64,000 nt of DNA from Acidobacteriota bacterium. Lineage in GTDB: Bacteria > Acidobacteriota > UBA6911. Under the pieces are notes generated by a model. That model was not told the origin of the DNA. It ran no database searches and saw nothing but the letters and a program-made list of their open reading frames with translations. The stretch's first letter is position 1; each line of letters opens with the position of its first letter. Below, piece after piece: positions 36,216 to 46,735 of this stretch. The translations under genes were made by a program, and so were the position numbers. The DNA lies in NCBI GenBank assembly GCA_012719455.1, contig JAAYAJ010000019.1, positions 273 through 64,272 on the forward strand. The letters run 5' to 3'.

Positions 36216-37532
36216 ATGATCTCCAAAGGAATCAATATTGACCCCGCAGAGGGAAAGTTGGGCGTTGTCATCCCCGGCATGGGCGCGGTCACCTCGACCT
36301 TCATCGCCGGGGTGCTGGCCATCAGGAAAGGCCTGGCCAAGCCGATCGGTTCGCTGACCCAGATGGGCACCATCCGGCTCGGAAAGCGCACGGACAACCG
36401 TATCCCGATGATCAAGGATTTTCTCCCGCTCGCGGAGCTGGAGGACATCGTCTTCGGGGGATGGGACATCTTCTCCGACGACATGTACACCGCAAGCGTC
36501 AAGGCGGGCGTTCTGGAGAAGACCCTGCTCGATCAGATCCGACCCGAAATGGAAGCCATCAAGCCCTGGGCCGCGGCCTTCGACAAGGCCTACGTCAAGA
36601 AACTTGACGGGACGCACGTGAAAAAGGGCGCCAACAAGATGGAGCTGGCGGAACAGGTCATGGAGGATATCCGCAACTTCCAGAAGGTGAACAACCTCAA
36701 GCGCACCGTCATGGTGTGGATCGGCAGCACCGAGATCTTTCTGAAACCTTCGGCGGTTCACGCGACCCTCGAAAGTTTTGAAAAGGGGATGCGTGACAAC
36801 GACCCAGGGATCGCCCCGAGCATGATCTACGCCTACGCCGCCCTCAAGCTGGGGGTCCCGTATGCCAACGGCGCCCCCAACCTCACGGTCGACGTCCCCG
36901 CGCTGTTGGAGCTGGCCAAGAAGAACAACGTCCCGATCTGCGGCAAGGATTTCAAGACCGGGCAGACGCTCATGAAAACCATCCTGGCCCCCGGCCTGAA
37001 GGCGCGCATGCTGGGCCTGAACGGCTGGTTCTCCACCAACATCCTCGGGAACCGCGACGGCGAGGTGCTGGATGACCCCGAGTCGTTCAAGACCAAGGAG
37101 GAGAGCAAGCTGTCGGTGCTGGAGCACATCCTGCAGCCGCAGCTCTACCCCGAACTGTATTCGAACTACTCCCACCTGGTGCGCATCAACTACTACCCGC
37201 CGCGCGGAGACGCCAAAGAGGGCTGGGACAACATCGACCTCTTCGGCTGGCTCGGCTACCCCATGCAGATCAAGGTCGATTTCCTGTGCCGCGATTCCAT
37301 CCTGGCCGCGCCCCTCGTCCTCGACCTGGTGATCCTGCTCGACCTGGCGCAGCGTTGCGGCATGGGCGGGATCCAGGAATGGCTCTCCTTCTACTTCAAG
37401 AGCCCGATGGTCGCCGAGGGGCTCTACCCGGAGCACGACCTGTTCATCCAGCTCATCAAGCTGAAAAACACCATGCGCCACCTGAAGGGTGAGGAAATGA
37501 TCACCCACCTGGGCCTGGAGTATTACGACTAG
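36216..37532 (+). CDS. ino1: Inositol-3-phosphate synthase (myo-inositol-1-phosphate synthase)
   Basis: GVVIPGMGAVTST, YANGAPN, GKDFKTGQT, and STNILGNRDG motifs typical of bacterial and archaeal MIPS. Confidence 0.82.
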   Translation: MISKGINIDPAEGKLGVVIPGMGAVTSTFIAGVLAIRKGLAKPIGSLTQMGTIRLGKRTDNRIPMIKDFLPLAELEDIVFGGWDIFSDDMYTASVKAGVLEKTLLDQIRPEMEAIKPWAAAFDKAYVKKLDGTHVKKGANKMELAEQVMEDIRNFQKVNNLKRTVMVWIGSTEIFLKPSAVHATLESFEKGMRDNDPGIAPSMIYAYAALKLGVPYANGAPNLTVDVPALLELAKKNNVPICGKDFKTGQTLMKTILAPGLKARMLGLNGWFSTNILGNRDGEVLDDPESFKTKEESKLSVLEHILQPQLYPELYSNYSHLVRINYYPPRGDAKEGWDNIDLFGWLGYPMQIKVDFLCRDSILAAPLVLDLVILLDLAQRCGMGGIQEWLSFYFKSPMVAEGLYPEHDLFIQLIKLKNTMRHLKGEEMITHLGLEYYD

Positions 37533-37557
37533 GAAACGGGAATCGGGAGGGAAGGGA

Positions 37558-37586
37558 GGGGGGAGCCGCGGCTCCCCCCTTTTTTT
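37558..37586 (+). terminator. Rho-independent terminator of ino1
   Basis: GGGGGGAGCCGCGGCTCCCCCC followed by TTTTTTT. Confidence 0.75.
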
Positions 37587-37609
37587 GCGCCCGGCAGGGC
37601 GCCGCGGGC

Positions 37610-40381
37610 CTACTTGTTGCGGGACGCGGTCTCGGATTCCAGCGCCGCCTGGGCCGCGGCCAGCCGGGCGATCGGCACGCGGAAGGGGGAGCAGGACACG
37701 TAGTTCATACCCACCCGGTGGCAGAAGCGGACCGAGGAGGGTTCGCCCCCGTGTTCCCCGCAGATCCCCACCTTCAGGTCGGGGCGGGTCCGCCGCCCCC
37801 TCTCGGTTCCCATCATGACCAACTGTCCCACCCCTTCCTGGTCGAGCACCTGGAAGGGGTCTTCCGCCAGGATACGGTTTTCGATATAGAAGGGAAGGAA
37901 CTTGTTCGAATCGTCACGCGAGATGCCGAACGCTGTCTGGGTCAGGTCGTTGGTCCCGAAAGAGAAGAATTCGGCCACCTCCGCGATGCGTCCGGCCGTC
38001 AGCGCCGCGCGCGGGAGCTCGATCATGGTGCCGACCAGGTACTCCACCTTCCGGCCCGCCTTGGCGAACACCTCGGCGGCCGCCCTCCGCACCACCTCGG
38101 CCTGAAGCCGGAGTTCGTTGACATCCCCCACGAGCGGGATCATGACTTCGGGGAACACCTCGCTCCCCTTCTTTTGTACGCTCACGGCCGCCTCGAAGAT
38201 GGCGCGCGCCTGCATTTCGGTGATCTCCGGGAACACGACACCCAGGCGGCACCCGCGATGGCCCAGCATCGGGTTGACCTCGTGCAACGCCTGGACCTTG
38301 TTCCACAACCCCTTGGCGCTGGTTTTGAGCTTGCGCGCCAGTTTGCGCGTCTCCTCCTCGCTGTGCGGCAAGAACTCGTGCAGCGGCGGGTCCAGAGTCC
38401 GGATCGTGACCGGCAGCCCGCTCATGGCCTTGAAGATCCCCTCGAAATCCCTGCGCTGCAATTTCTGCAATTCCTTGAGCCCGCCGAGGTAGAGGCGCTT
38501 GGGCTCGGCCATCTTCTTCCTGAGCTTCTGGCGGACGGCGGCGAGTTCCTTGCGCTTCTTGGGCGAGGAGGCATTGGCGATTTCGGTCGCGAGCGCCCCA
38601 AGGTCGCGCTCGAGCCGCTTGTATTCGAGCGACCCCAGGATCATCTGGCGCACGAAATCGATACGGTCCCCGGCAAAGAACATATGCTCGGTGCGGCACA
38701 GGCCGATCCCCTGGGCACCGTACTTGCGGGCGACCGCCGCGTCACTCGCCGTGTCGGCGTTGGTGCGCACCTTCATCTTGCGGACCTTGTCGGCCCATTC
38801 CATCAGCAGGTGGAAATGCTCCCCCGGCTCGGGGTCGATCAGGGGCGCCTGCCCAAGGATGACCTGGCCGCCGGTACCGTCCACCGTGATCCAGTCCCCC
38901 CTGCGCACCTTGACCCCGTCCACCGAGAACTCGTTTTTGACGTAGTCGATCGAGACGTTCCCGGCACCCACCACGCACGGCTTGCCCCAGCCTCGGGCCA
39001 CAACGGCCGCGTGGCTGGTGGGGCCGCCCGTCGAGGTAAGGATAGCCTGCGCCGCGTCCATCCCGCGTACATCCTCCGGCGAGGTCTCTTTTCGGACCAG
39101 TACGACCGGTTCCCCCTTTTCCTTCATCTGCTCGGCATCCTTCGGAGTGAACACGACCTTTCCCGCGGCGGCGCCGGGGCTGGCGTTGATCCCCCGGGTC
39201 AGGACGGTGAGCTTCGCATCGGGGTCGATCATCTTGTGCAGCAACTGGTCCAGGTCTCCGGCCGGTACGCGCATGACGGCCGTCTTTTCATCGATGATCC
39301 CCTCCCGGACCATGTCCACCGCGATGCGGACCGCGGCCAGCCCGGTGCGCTTGCCGTTGCGCGTCTGCAGCATCCAGAGCTTCCCGCGCTCCACCGTGAA
39401 CTCGAGGTCCTGCATGTCGCGGTAGTGGAGTTCCAGTTTGCGGGCCACATCCACGAACTGGCGGTAGATCTCGGGCATGTAGTCCTTCAGCTCGCTGATG
39501 CGCTTCGGGGTCCGGATGCCGGCGACCACGTCCTCCCCCTGGGCGTTGATCAGGTAATCCCCGAAAAGCCTCGCCTCACCGGTAGCCGGGTTGCGCGTGA
39601 ACGCCACCCCCGTGCCCGAATCCTCCCCCATGTTGCCGAACACCATGGTGACGATGCTCACTCCCGTACCCAGGTCGTCCGGGATCCGTTCGCGGCGTCG
39701 GTAGGCGATCGCGCGGGACCCGTTCCAGGAGCGGAAGACGGCCTTGATCGCTTCCTCCAGCTGCAGGTAGGGATCGGTGGGAAAGTCGGTCCCGGTTTCA
39801 GCGCGCACGATCTGCTTGAATGTGCGGCAGAGAGCCGAGAGGTTCTCGGCCTTGAGGTCGGTGTCGAGTTTTACCCGCAGCTTGCGTTTCATCTCGGCCA
39901 TGGCATGCTCGAACAACTCGTCGTCCACCCCGAGGACGATTTCGGCGAACATCTGGATGAAGCGGCGGTAGGCGTCCAGGGCGAACCTTTCGTTGGATGT
40001 CAGTTCGGCCAGGCCCCGCATCGTCTCGTCGTTCAAGCCGAGGTTCAGGATGGTGTCCATCATGCCGGGCATGGAAACCCTGGCTCCGGACCGGACGGAG
40101 ACCAGCAGGGGGTTGGTCGGGTCGCCGAATCTTTTTCCCGTGGCCCTCTCCACCTTTTTAAGCGCCGCCAGTACCTGGTTCCACATCCCGTCCGGGAACT
40201 TCTCCCCGGCGCCGAAGTAGGAATTGCAGGCCTCGGTGGTGATGGTGAATCCGGGAGGAACCGGCAGCCCCGCATTGGTCATCTCGGCGAGTCCGGCCCC
40301 CTTGCCGCCGAGCAGGTCCTTCATGCCGCCGTTTCCATCCGATTTCCCGTTTGCAAAAAGGTATACAAATTTGGTAGGCAT
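37610..40381 (-). CDS. ppdK: Pyruvate, phosphate dikinase
   Basis: LLGGKGAGLAEM, the TGGPTSHAAVVARG phosphohistidine region, the GLCRTEHMF PEP-utilising domain, and FFSFGTNDLTQ. Confidence 0.95.
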   Translation of the reverse strand: MPTKFVYLFANGKSDGNGGMKDLLGGKGAGLAEMTNAGLPVPPGFTITTEACNSYFGAGEKFPDGMWNQVLAALKKVERATGKRFGDPTNPLLVSVRSGARVSMPGMMDTILNLGLNDETMRGLAELTSNERFALDAYRRFIQMFAEIVLGVDDELFEHAMAEMKRKLRVKLDTDLKAENLSALCRTFKQIVRAETGTDFPTDPYLQLEEAIKAVFRSWNGSRAIAYRRRERIPDDLGTGVSIVTMVFGNMGEDSGTGVAFTRNPATGEARLFGDYLINAQGEDVVAGIRTPKRISELKDYMPEIYRQFVDVARKLELHYRDMQDLEFTVERGKLWMLQTRNGKRTGLAAVRIAVDMVREGIIDEKTAVMRVPAGDLDQLLHKMIDPDAKLTVLTRGINASPGAAAGKVVFTPKDAEQMKEKGEPVVLVRKETSPEDVRGMDAAQAILTSTGGPTSHAAVVARGWGKPCVVGAGNVSIDYVKNEFSVDGVKVRRGDWITVDGTGGQVILGQAPLIDPEPGEHFHLLMEWADKVRKMKVRTNADTASDAAVARKYGAQGIGLCRTEHMFFAGDRIDFVRQMILGSLEYKRLERDLGALATEIANASSPKKRKELAAVRQKLRKKMAEPKRLYLGGLKELQKLQRRDFEGIFKAMSGLPVTIRTLDPPLHEFLPHSEEETRKLARKLKTSAKGLWNKVQALHEVNPMLGHRGCRLGVVFPEITEMQARAIFEAAVSVQKKGSEVFPEVMIPLVGDVNELRLQAEVVRRAAAEVFAKAGRKVEYLVGTMIELPRAALTAGRIAEVAEFFSFGTNDLTQTAFGISRDDSNKFLPFYIENRILAEDPFQVLDQEGVGQLVMMGTERGRRTRPDLKVGICGEHGGEPSSVRFCHRVGMNYVSCSPFRVPIARLAAAQAALESETASRNK

Positions 40382-40504
40382 CCTGGTCTCCCGCGAAAAT
40401 GATTCTGTCAATGCGTGTTGTTATACAACACCGTACCTCAAAACGGGATGTCGATCAAAACAGAAAAGGGGGGGACTACGGGATTCGCATGAAAAGGAGG
40501 TTTT

Positions 40505-40570
40505 CCCAGCCTGCGACCGGATCCGGCGGCGGTCTCCCGGTCCCCGGTTGGCGCCCGATCGCAGGCTGGG
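40505..40570. other. 12-bp stem enclosing ~42 nt of GC-rich sequence, between lpxD and ppdK
   Basis: CCCAGCCTGCGA (40505-40516) pairs with TCGCAGGCTGGG (40559-40570). There is an inner CCGGATCCGG palindrome. Confidence 0.4.
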
Positions 40571-40631
40571 ATTAGCTTTCTCGAATAGCCTGACTTTCCT
40601 ATCGGCCGCTCGGCGTCCGGGCTTGAGCCCA

Positions 40632-41666
40632 TTATGATTTATTTTTTTCTCCCCCGCCGCCGAGGGCCCGGATTTCCTCTTCGAGCGCCCGCACTTTCCG
40701 CACCAGTTCCGGCAGCCGGGCGAAGGCGGCCGAGGCGCGCAGCCAGGCGGCGCTCCGAAAAGCGGGGGAGCCCGATACCGTGCTCCCGGCCGCCACGTCG
40801 TGGGAGGTGCCGCTCTGGGCGGTGATGACGGCGCCGTCCCCCACCTCCAGGTGCCCGGCGAATCCCGCCTGTCCGCCCACCATGACCCTCCTGCCCAGCC
40901 GGGTGGACCCCGCGAGCCCCGCCTGCGCGGCCAGCACCGAGTGCTCCCCCACCTCGGCCCCGTGCCCCACCTGCACGAGGTTGTCCAGCTTCGCCCCGCG
41001 GCGGATGGTCGTGTCCCCCACGGCGGCGCGGTCAATGGTGGAATTGGCCCCCACCTCGACGTCATCCTCGATCACCACCTTCCCCGCCTGCGGGATCTTG
41101 GTCCAGGAGCCGTCGCGGGTAGGGGCGAAACCGAACCCGTCCCCCCCGACGACCACCCCGTTCTGCAGCACCACCCGGTCGCCGATGCGGCACCCTTCGC
41201 GCACCGCGACCCCCGAATGGAGCACGCACTCCCGGCCGATCTCGACGCCGGGATAGAGAACCACGTGGGGGTGGATCACCGTGCCGGCGCCGATGCGGCA
41301 GCGCTCCCCGACCACGGCGTACGGGCCGACGGCGACGCCCGGGGCGAGCAGCGCGCAGCGGGCCACCACGGCCGTGGGGTGGACCCCCGGCTCGGGGACG
41401 CAGGGCTCGAAGAAGAGTTCCAAGGCGTGCGCGAAGGCGAGATAGGGGTCGTCCGTTCTCAGGCTGGGGATCTCCACCGCGGGGATATCCTCCCCGAGGA
41501 TGATGGCGGAAGCGCGCGTCCGCCCGATATGCCGGATATATTTCCGGTTGGAGACGAAGGTCAGGTCCCCCGCCTCCGCCTGTTCGATGCCGGCCACGCG
41601 CACGATCTCCACGTCCGCGCCGACCATCCGGCATCCGATTTTTTCAGCGATCAGGGAAAGCTTCAT
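40632..41666 (-). CDS. lpxD: UDP-3-O-acylglucosamine N-acyltransferase
   Basis: N-terminal LpxD domain (LTFVSNRKY) followed by left-handed beta-helix hexapeptide repeats. Confidence 0.88.
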   Translation of the reverse strand: MKLSLIAEKIGCRMVGADVEIVRVAGIEQAEAGDLTFVSNRKYIRHIGRTRASAIILGEDIPAVEIPSLRTDDPYLAFAHALELFFEPCVPEPGVHPTAVVARCALLAPGVAVGPYAVVGERCRIGAGTVIHPHVVLYPGVEIGRECVLHSGVAVREGCRIGDRVVLQNGVVVGGDGFGFAPTRDGSWTKIPQAGKVVIEDDVEVGANSTIDRAAVGDTTIRRGAKLDNLVQVGHGAEVGEHSVLAAQAGLAGSTRLGRRVMVGGQAGFAGHLEVGDGAVITAQSGTSHDVAAGSTVSGSPAFRSAAWLRASAAFARLPELVRKVRALEEEIRALGGGGEKNKS

Positions 41667-41775
41667 GGCGAAGGACTCCGCATGGTTTGAAGGGTAGCAC
41701 CGGTGGTCTCCGGCTGCCTGCGCATCGGCAGCTATGGTAGACTTAGGCGCCCGCATCCGTCAAGAAGAGGCCGAC

Positions 41776-43386
41776 GTGAACAGTGACCCGACACCCGCAC
41801 CCGAACCACCTGGCGGCATTCCGCGCCGGGCGCAGAGCGTCGGCGCCGCCATCGGCATCAGCCGGATCCTGGGCCTGGCGCGCGAGATGGTCCTGGCGCG
41901 CACTTTCGGCGCCGGTTCCTTCACCGACGCCTTTTACATCGCCTACCGGATTCCCAACATGCTGCGCGACCTCTTCGCCGAGGGAGCGCTTTCAGCCGCC
42001 CTGGTACCGACCCTTATCCGGCGCATGACGCAGGGGGGAAGGGAAGAGGGTTGGGTCCTGGTCAACCGTCTCGTCAGCACCCTGCTCCTCGTTCTCGGCG
42101 CCGTCACCCTCGGCATCTATTTCGGGTCCCGGGGCCTGGTCTGGATGCTGGCGGCGGGTTTCCGGGACAACCCCGCGAAATTCGAGCTGACGGCCCAGAT
42201 GACGCGCATCATGTCCCCCTTCCTCCTCTCGGTGTCGCTCGCCTCGGTGGGAATGGCCGCGCTCAACGCCTGCGGCCGGTTTTTTCTTCCGGCGCTGGCG
42301 TCCTCGCTCTTCAACATCTGCTGCATCCTTGCCGCTCTCCTGCTCAGCGACCTGATGCCGGGCTGGGGATTCGACCCCATCGTCTCGATGGCCGTGGGGG
42401 CCGTCCTGGGCGGCGCCGCCCAGTTCCTGGTGATGATCCCGCCCGCGGGCGCGCTCGGTTACCGCTTCCGCCTCGATTTCCGTTTTTCCGACCCGGATCT
42501 CCGTGCCATCGGGCGCCTGGCGCTTCCGGCGGTCCTCGGCCTTTCGGCGACCCAGATCAGCATCGTCGTCGACAGCCAGCTCGCCTCTCTTTACGGCGAC
42601 GGCCCCGTGTCGTGGCTCAGCTACGGCTTCCGGCTGATGCAGCTCCCGATCGGCCTCATCGGGGTGGCGGTGGCGACCGCCACCATGACGACGGTTTCGG
42701 AGTACGCCGCACTCGGCATGCGCGACCGCATCGGGCCCGCCCTCGGTTCCGGACTGAGGCTGTCGGCCTGCCTCATCTTTCCCGCCATGGTCGGCCTCCT
42801 CCTGTTCCGCGGCGAAATAGTCCAGCTCCTGTTCCAACGGGGGGCGTTCCTGGAAGCGGACACCCTGTGGACCGGCCGCATCGTCGGGCTGTACACGCTG
42901 GGCCTGTTTGCGTATTCAGCGGTGAAGATCCTCACGCCCGCCTTTTATGCGCTCAATAATACCAGGACGCCGCTCCGCGCGAGTCTCTCGGCGGTCGCGG
43001 CCAAGATCCTGCTGAGTTTCCTGCTCATCCAGCCGCTCGGCTTTTTGGGGCTGCCGCTGGCGACCTCGCTCTCCTCGTGGCTCCAGTTCGCGCTGCTGCG
43101 GCGCCCCCTGGCCCGCTCCCTGTCCCCGGCGACAGCCGCTCACGGCAAAGGCGCCTACCTCCGTATCGCCCTGGCCTCCCTGATGATGGGGGCGATCGCA
43201 CTGGCCGTCCACCGGGGGGCGGAAATGATGCTGCCCGGTCCGGGCGCCCTTTCTTTGCTTTTTCGCCTCGGGGCGGCCATAATGGCCGCACTGGCGGCGA
43301 TCGTGCCGCTGCTTTGGCTGTTCAGGGTGGAGGAGGCCCGGGAACTGGCCCGCCTGGCGGGCATTTTCAGGCGCAAGGGGCGATGA
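41776..43386 (+). CDS. murJ: Lipid II flippase MurJ
   Basis: [48 protein letters not shown]. The GTG 41776 start is a guess (an alternative upstream start is at 41734). Confidence 0.88.
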   Translation: MNSDPTPAPEPPGGIPRRAQSVGAAIGISRILGLAREMVLARTFGAGSFTDAFYIAYRIPNMLRDLFAEGALSAALVPTLIRRMTQGGREEGWVLVNRLVSTLLLVLGAVTLGIYFGSRGLVWMLAAGFRDNPAKFELTAQMTRIMSPFLLSVSLASVGMAALNACGRFFLPALASSLFNICCILAALLLSDLMPGWGFDPIVSMAVGAVLGGAAQFLVMIPPAGALGYRFRLDFRFSDPDLRAIGRLALPAVLGLSATQISIVVDSQLASLYGDGPVSWLSYGFRLMQLPIGLIGVAVATATMTTVSEYAALGMRDRIGPALGSGLRLSACLIFPAMVGLLLFRGEIVQLLFQRGAFLEADTLWTGRIVGLYTLGLFAYSAVKILTPAFYALNNTRTPLRASLSAVAAKILLSFLLIQPLGFLGLPLATSLSSWLQFALLRRPLARSLSPATAAHGKGAYLRIALASLMMGAIALAVHRGAEMMLPGPGALSLLFRLGAAIMAALAAIVPLLWLFRVEEARELARLAGIFRRKGR

Positions 43387-44270
43387 AGCGAAATTTGGCC
43401 GGCGAATTCGCGGCTTACCTGCGGGTGGAAAAGGGGCTGGCGGCCAACACCGTCGCCGCCTACGGGCGCGACCTCCGGAAGTTGTACGCCTTTGCCGCCG
43501 ATTGCGGCCGGGACCCGGAGGAGCTCGGGCCCGGAGACCTGGCGCGCTGGATGGAGCGCCTGCGGGACGGGGGGCTCGGCCCGCGCTCCATCGCCCGCGC
43601 GTGCAATGCCGTCCGCGGCTTTTACCGCTTCCTCCTGGGGGACAGGATCATCGACTCGGACCCCACCGAACACCTCGAAACCCCGCGAGCGCGCAAGCCC
43701 CTCCCCCGGTTCCTCAACCGCGCGGAGGTGGAGGCGTTGCTCGAGGCCCCGGATACCGGGACCCCCTCGGGAAGCCGCAACCGGGCGATGCTCGAAACCC
43801 TTTACGCCTCCGGCCTGCGCGTCAGTGAACTGGTCCGGCTCGAACTCGGCCGGATCGATTTCGACCTGGGCGTCGTCGGCTGCATGGGCAAAGGGAACAA
43901 GGAGCGGCTGGTCCCGATCGGGGCGGCGGCGCTCGGCCGGCTCCGGGAGTACGTGCGCCTCCATCGGCCCGTGATCCTCGGCGAGCGCCGCAGCCCCTAC
44001 GTCTTTGTCACCCGCCGCGGAGGCGCCATGACACGGCAGGGCTTCTGGAAGATCGTGCGGGAGTGCGGCCGGCGGGCCGGGATCCGAAAACCCCTCTCCC
44101 CCCACATGCTGCGGCATAGCTTCGCCACCCACCTGCTCGAAAACGGGGCCGATCTCCGTTCGGTCCAGATCATGCTGGGGCACGCGGACATTTCGACGAC
44201 GCAGATCTACACCCACATCACGCGCGAGCGCCTGAAACGGATTTACCGGCAATACCACCCAAGAGCCTGA
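43383..44270 (+). CDS. xerD: Site-specific tyrosine recombinase XerD (XerC/D family)
   Basis: [69 protein letters not shown]. Confidence 0.88.
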   Translation: MKRNLAGEFAAYLRVEKGLAANTVAAYGRDLRKLYAFAADCGRDPEELGPGDLARWMERLRDGGLGPRSIARACNAVRGFYRFLLGDRIIDSDPTEHLETPRARKPLPRFLNRAEVEALLEAPDTGTPSGSRNRAMLETLYASGLRVSELVRLELGRIDFDLGVVGCMGKGNKERLVPIGAAALGRLREYVRLHRPVILGERRSPYVFVTRRGGAMTRQGFWKIVRECGRRAGIRKPLSPHMLRHSFATHLLENGADLRSVQIMLGHADISTTQIYTHITRERLKRIYRQYHPRA

Positions 44271-46592
44271 TCAGGTGCGCAACCTCAGGAAGAGGGCGCA
44301 TCCCGCGGCCCCGAAGAGAAGGTTGGGGGCCCATGCCGCGAGCGCGGGAATCAGGACCCCGTAGGCGCCCATGGCCTCAAACACCCCGGACACCCCCCAG
44401 TAGGCGATGGCGACGGCAACGCTCAAGCCGATGCCCAAGAAGGCCCCCTTCTTCCCCGTGGAGAAGGAAAACGGCACCCCCACGAACGCCATCACCAAAC
44501 AGCTCAGCGGAAAAGCCAACTTTTTGTGCAGTTCCACCTGCAGGTTCATGGCGTTGTAGCCCGCCCGCTTCAGGTAGCCGATGTACCGGGCCAGTTCGGA
44601 GTAGGTCAGTTTCGAGGACTCCCGGGGGGAGAAGATCTCCCTTTTGAAATAGGAGGCCCTTTCCGGGAAACGCATCGTCGCCGTCCGGATCGTCTCGAAG
44701 CCGGAGTCCCCGGCGTCGTAATCACGGCTCCAGCCGTCGGTCAGGGTCCAGAAGCCGTCGGGGCCGATCCGGGCGTTCGCCGCGTGGATCCGGCGCCGGA
44801 GGCGGATCGCGGCAAAATCCACATCGTAGACATTGAGGTCCACGAAGGCATTCTTGTTTTCGTCGAAGTACTCGTAGTTGTATATCCTCCCCCCCTGGCC
44901 GAGGATCCATTTCCGCTCCAGCCGCCGGGCGCTCCGCGCCGGCTTGTTCAGGATGATGTTCCTCAGCCCGTCCTGCCGCTCGTTGGCGTAGGGGAGGATG
45001 TAATCCTGCAGCACGAACAGGCCGGCCGACAGCGCGGCGGCGGCCGCAAGGATCGGCACCGCCAGCCGGTACAGGCTCCAGCCGCCGGCCTTGAGCGCGG
45101 TGATCTCCGAGTGCTTTTCCAGGATCCCGAAATGGATCAGGATCCCGAGCAGCACCGACACCGGGACGGCGAACATCAGGATCTGCGGCGTGAGAAAGAA
45201 AAGGTAATCGAGCAGCGAAAGGACCGGGATCCCGTTCTTGATGACGTCGTCGATCAGTTCGAACAGGGTCAGAAGGAGGAAGAGCGCGGTGCAGGAGACC
45301 AGGGACCAGAAGAAGAAGGCCCAAAAACCTCGAAGCATGTGCAGGTCCAGGATGCGCGGAAGGAGGCGGCGCAGCAAGCGGCCGCATCCCTGCAGGATCC
45401 CCAGGTCCATCTTCCCGAGCCGGTCGAGGAGGGATCCCGGACCGGGGCGCCGGAAGAGGGAAAACCGGGGAAGCCCCGCTCCCCAGTGGGTGAGCCCGAA
45501 CCTCTTTTCAACCCTGTCGAGCATCGCCCACCCGGCCAGGGTCAGGACGATGTTTGCTCCCCAGGCTCCCAGCCACGGTGGGATCCTGCCGACGCCGGCC
45601 AGCCGAAGCCCGTTGAAAAAGAGCATGTAAAAGAGGATCACCATCAGCAGGCTGAGGGCCAGACCGAAGGTGCGCCCCGATCTCGGGTTGCTGACCCCGA
45701 GTGCGAGACCCAAAAGAGCAAATGGTATTACCGTGAATGGAAGCGAAATTCGGCGATTTATCTCAAGTATTTCTTTAATATTTGTCGCCGTGCCTCCCGC
45801 CAGGCCGCGCCGCAGCAGGTCGAGGCTGCCCATCTCCTCGACCCGCGAGGGTCGGACCCCGGCCGGGGCGTGGCGCGCGATTTCCATAGATATATCTGTT
45901 GATTTAAAATAACTTACACTGTCCCTATCAGGGTGCTCATGGTCGGTCGCATAGCTGACACCCCGTTTGAGGTGCAGCTGCAGAGCATGCTTGTTGGAAT
46001 CGGGCATCCAGAGCACGCTCCTGGCGATGATGATACGCGGGGCCCGGGGATCGGAGCTGTCGGCCAGGAAAATGCCGCTCCCGCGCTTTCGATCCGCGCT
46101 CACGTCATCGAGGTAAATGACCAGTTTAGGGATCTCCTCGTTGAACACCCGGGGCTGGATCCGCATGACTCCGGCCGACAGCTCGATCTCCTCGACCACC
46201 TGGCGGCGCCAATCGTTGGTGCGCGGCATCACCCAGAGCGAAAGAACGGCGGTGGCGGCGCCCACCAGCCCGCCCAAGAGCAGGATGAAACCCAGCAGGC
46301 GGCGGAGCGGAACCCCGCAGGCGCGCAGCGCCAGGATTTGGTTTTCACCCGACAGGCCGCTCAAACCGACCAGCACCCCGACCAGAAAGGAAAGCGGGAG
46401 GGAAAAGATGAGAATGGCCGGCAGGATCGATGCCGCAATCCTGACGAGAACCCAGAGGGAGGCGCTACGCGCCAGCAGCAGTTGGGCCAGCGACCCGAAT
46501 TCGTTGGCGGTGACCACGAAGGTCAGAACTGCCAGTGCGATCACAAACGGCGGGGCAATTGCGTAAAAGAGCAGCTTGTGGATCCGGTTCAT
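44271..46592 (-). CDS. Fused LptF-LptG LPS export permease (single 773-aa ORF)
   Basis: Two tandem LptF/LptG-type halves. Each begins with an (I)LD.Y/H.LR.F-like segment and carries ENQILALRACGV or HSEITALKAGGW. Confidence 0.8.
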   Translation of the reverse strand: MNRIHKLLFYAIAPPFVIALAVLTFVVTANEFGSLAQLLLARSASLWVLVRIAASILPAILIFSLPLSFLVGVLVGLSGLSGENQILALRACGVPLRRLLGFILLLGGLVGAATAVLSLWVMPRTNDWRRQVVEEIELSAGVMRIQPRVFNEEIPKLVIYLDDVSADRKRGSGIFLADSSDPRAPRIIIARSVLWMPDSNKHALQLHLKRGVSYATDHEHPDRDSVSYFKSTDISMEIARHAPAGVRPSRVEEMGSLDLLRRGLAGGTATNIKEILEINRRISLPFTVIPFALLGLALGVSNPRSGRTFGLALSLLMVILFYMLFFNGLRLAGVGRIPPWLGAWGANIVLTLAGWAMLDRVEKRFGLTHWGAGLPRFSLFRRPGPGSLLDRLGKMDLGILQGCGRLLRRLLPRILDLHMLRGFWAFFFWSLVSCTALFLLLTLFELIDDVIKNGIPVLSLLDYLFFLTPQILMFAVPVSVLLGILIHFGILEKHSEITALKAGGWSLYRLAVPILAAAAALSAGLFVLQDYILPYANERQDGLRNIILNKPARSARRLERKWILGQGGRIYNYEYFDENKNAFVDLNVYDVDFAAIRLRRRIHAANARIGPDGFWTLTDGWSRDYDAGDSGFETIRTATMRFPERASYFKREIFSPRESSKLTYSELARYIGYLKRAGYNAMNLQVELHKKLAFPLSCLVMAFVGVPFSFSTGKKGAFLGIGLSVAVAIAYWGVSGVFEAMGAYGVLIPALAAWAPNLLFGAAGCALFLRLRT

Positions 46593-46735
46593 GGATTGAT
46601 TAAGGTATATTGCTGCAAAATCGCTACTTTACATGGATCGCGGGCGTGCCGCACCGCCCCTTTGTAACTTCTGATAAGATATCTTATGTCAACTAACCCC
46701 GATCGGTCCCCGGCGGCCGCGCGCCCGTCGACCCC

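Noticed and set aside
46674-46687. Perfect 14-nt AT-rich palindrome ATAAGATATCTTAT upstream of lptFG. Also GGGGGGCCCCCC near 12199 and CTGCAAAATCTTGCAG near 6237.
   Set aside because: A few perfect palindromes of 12-14 nt are expected by chance in 64 kb (about 4^-7 per position). I saw no repeated copies that would suggest a regulon motif.
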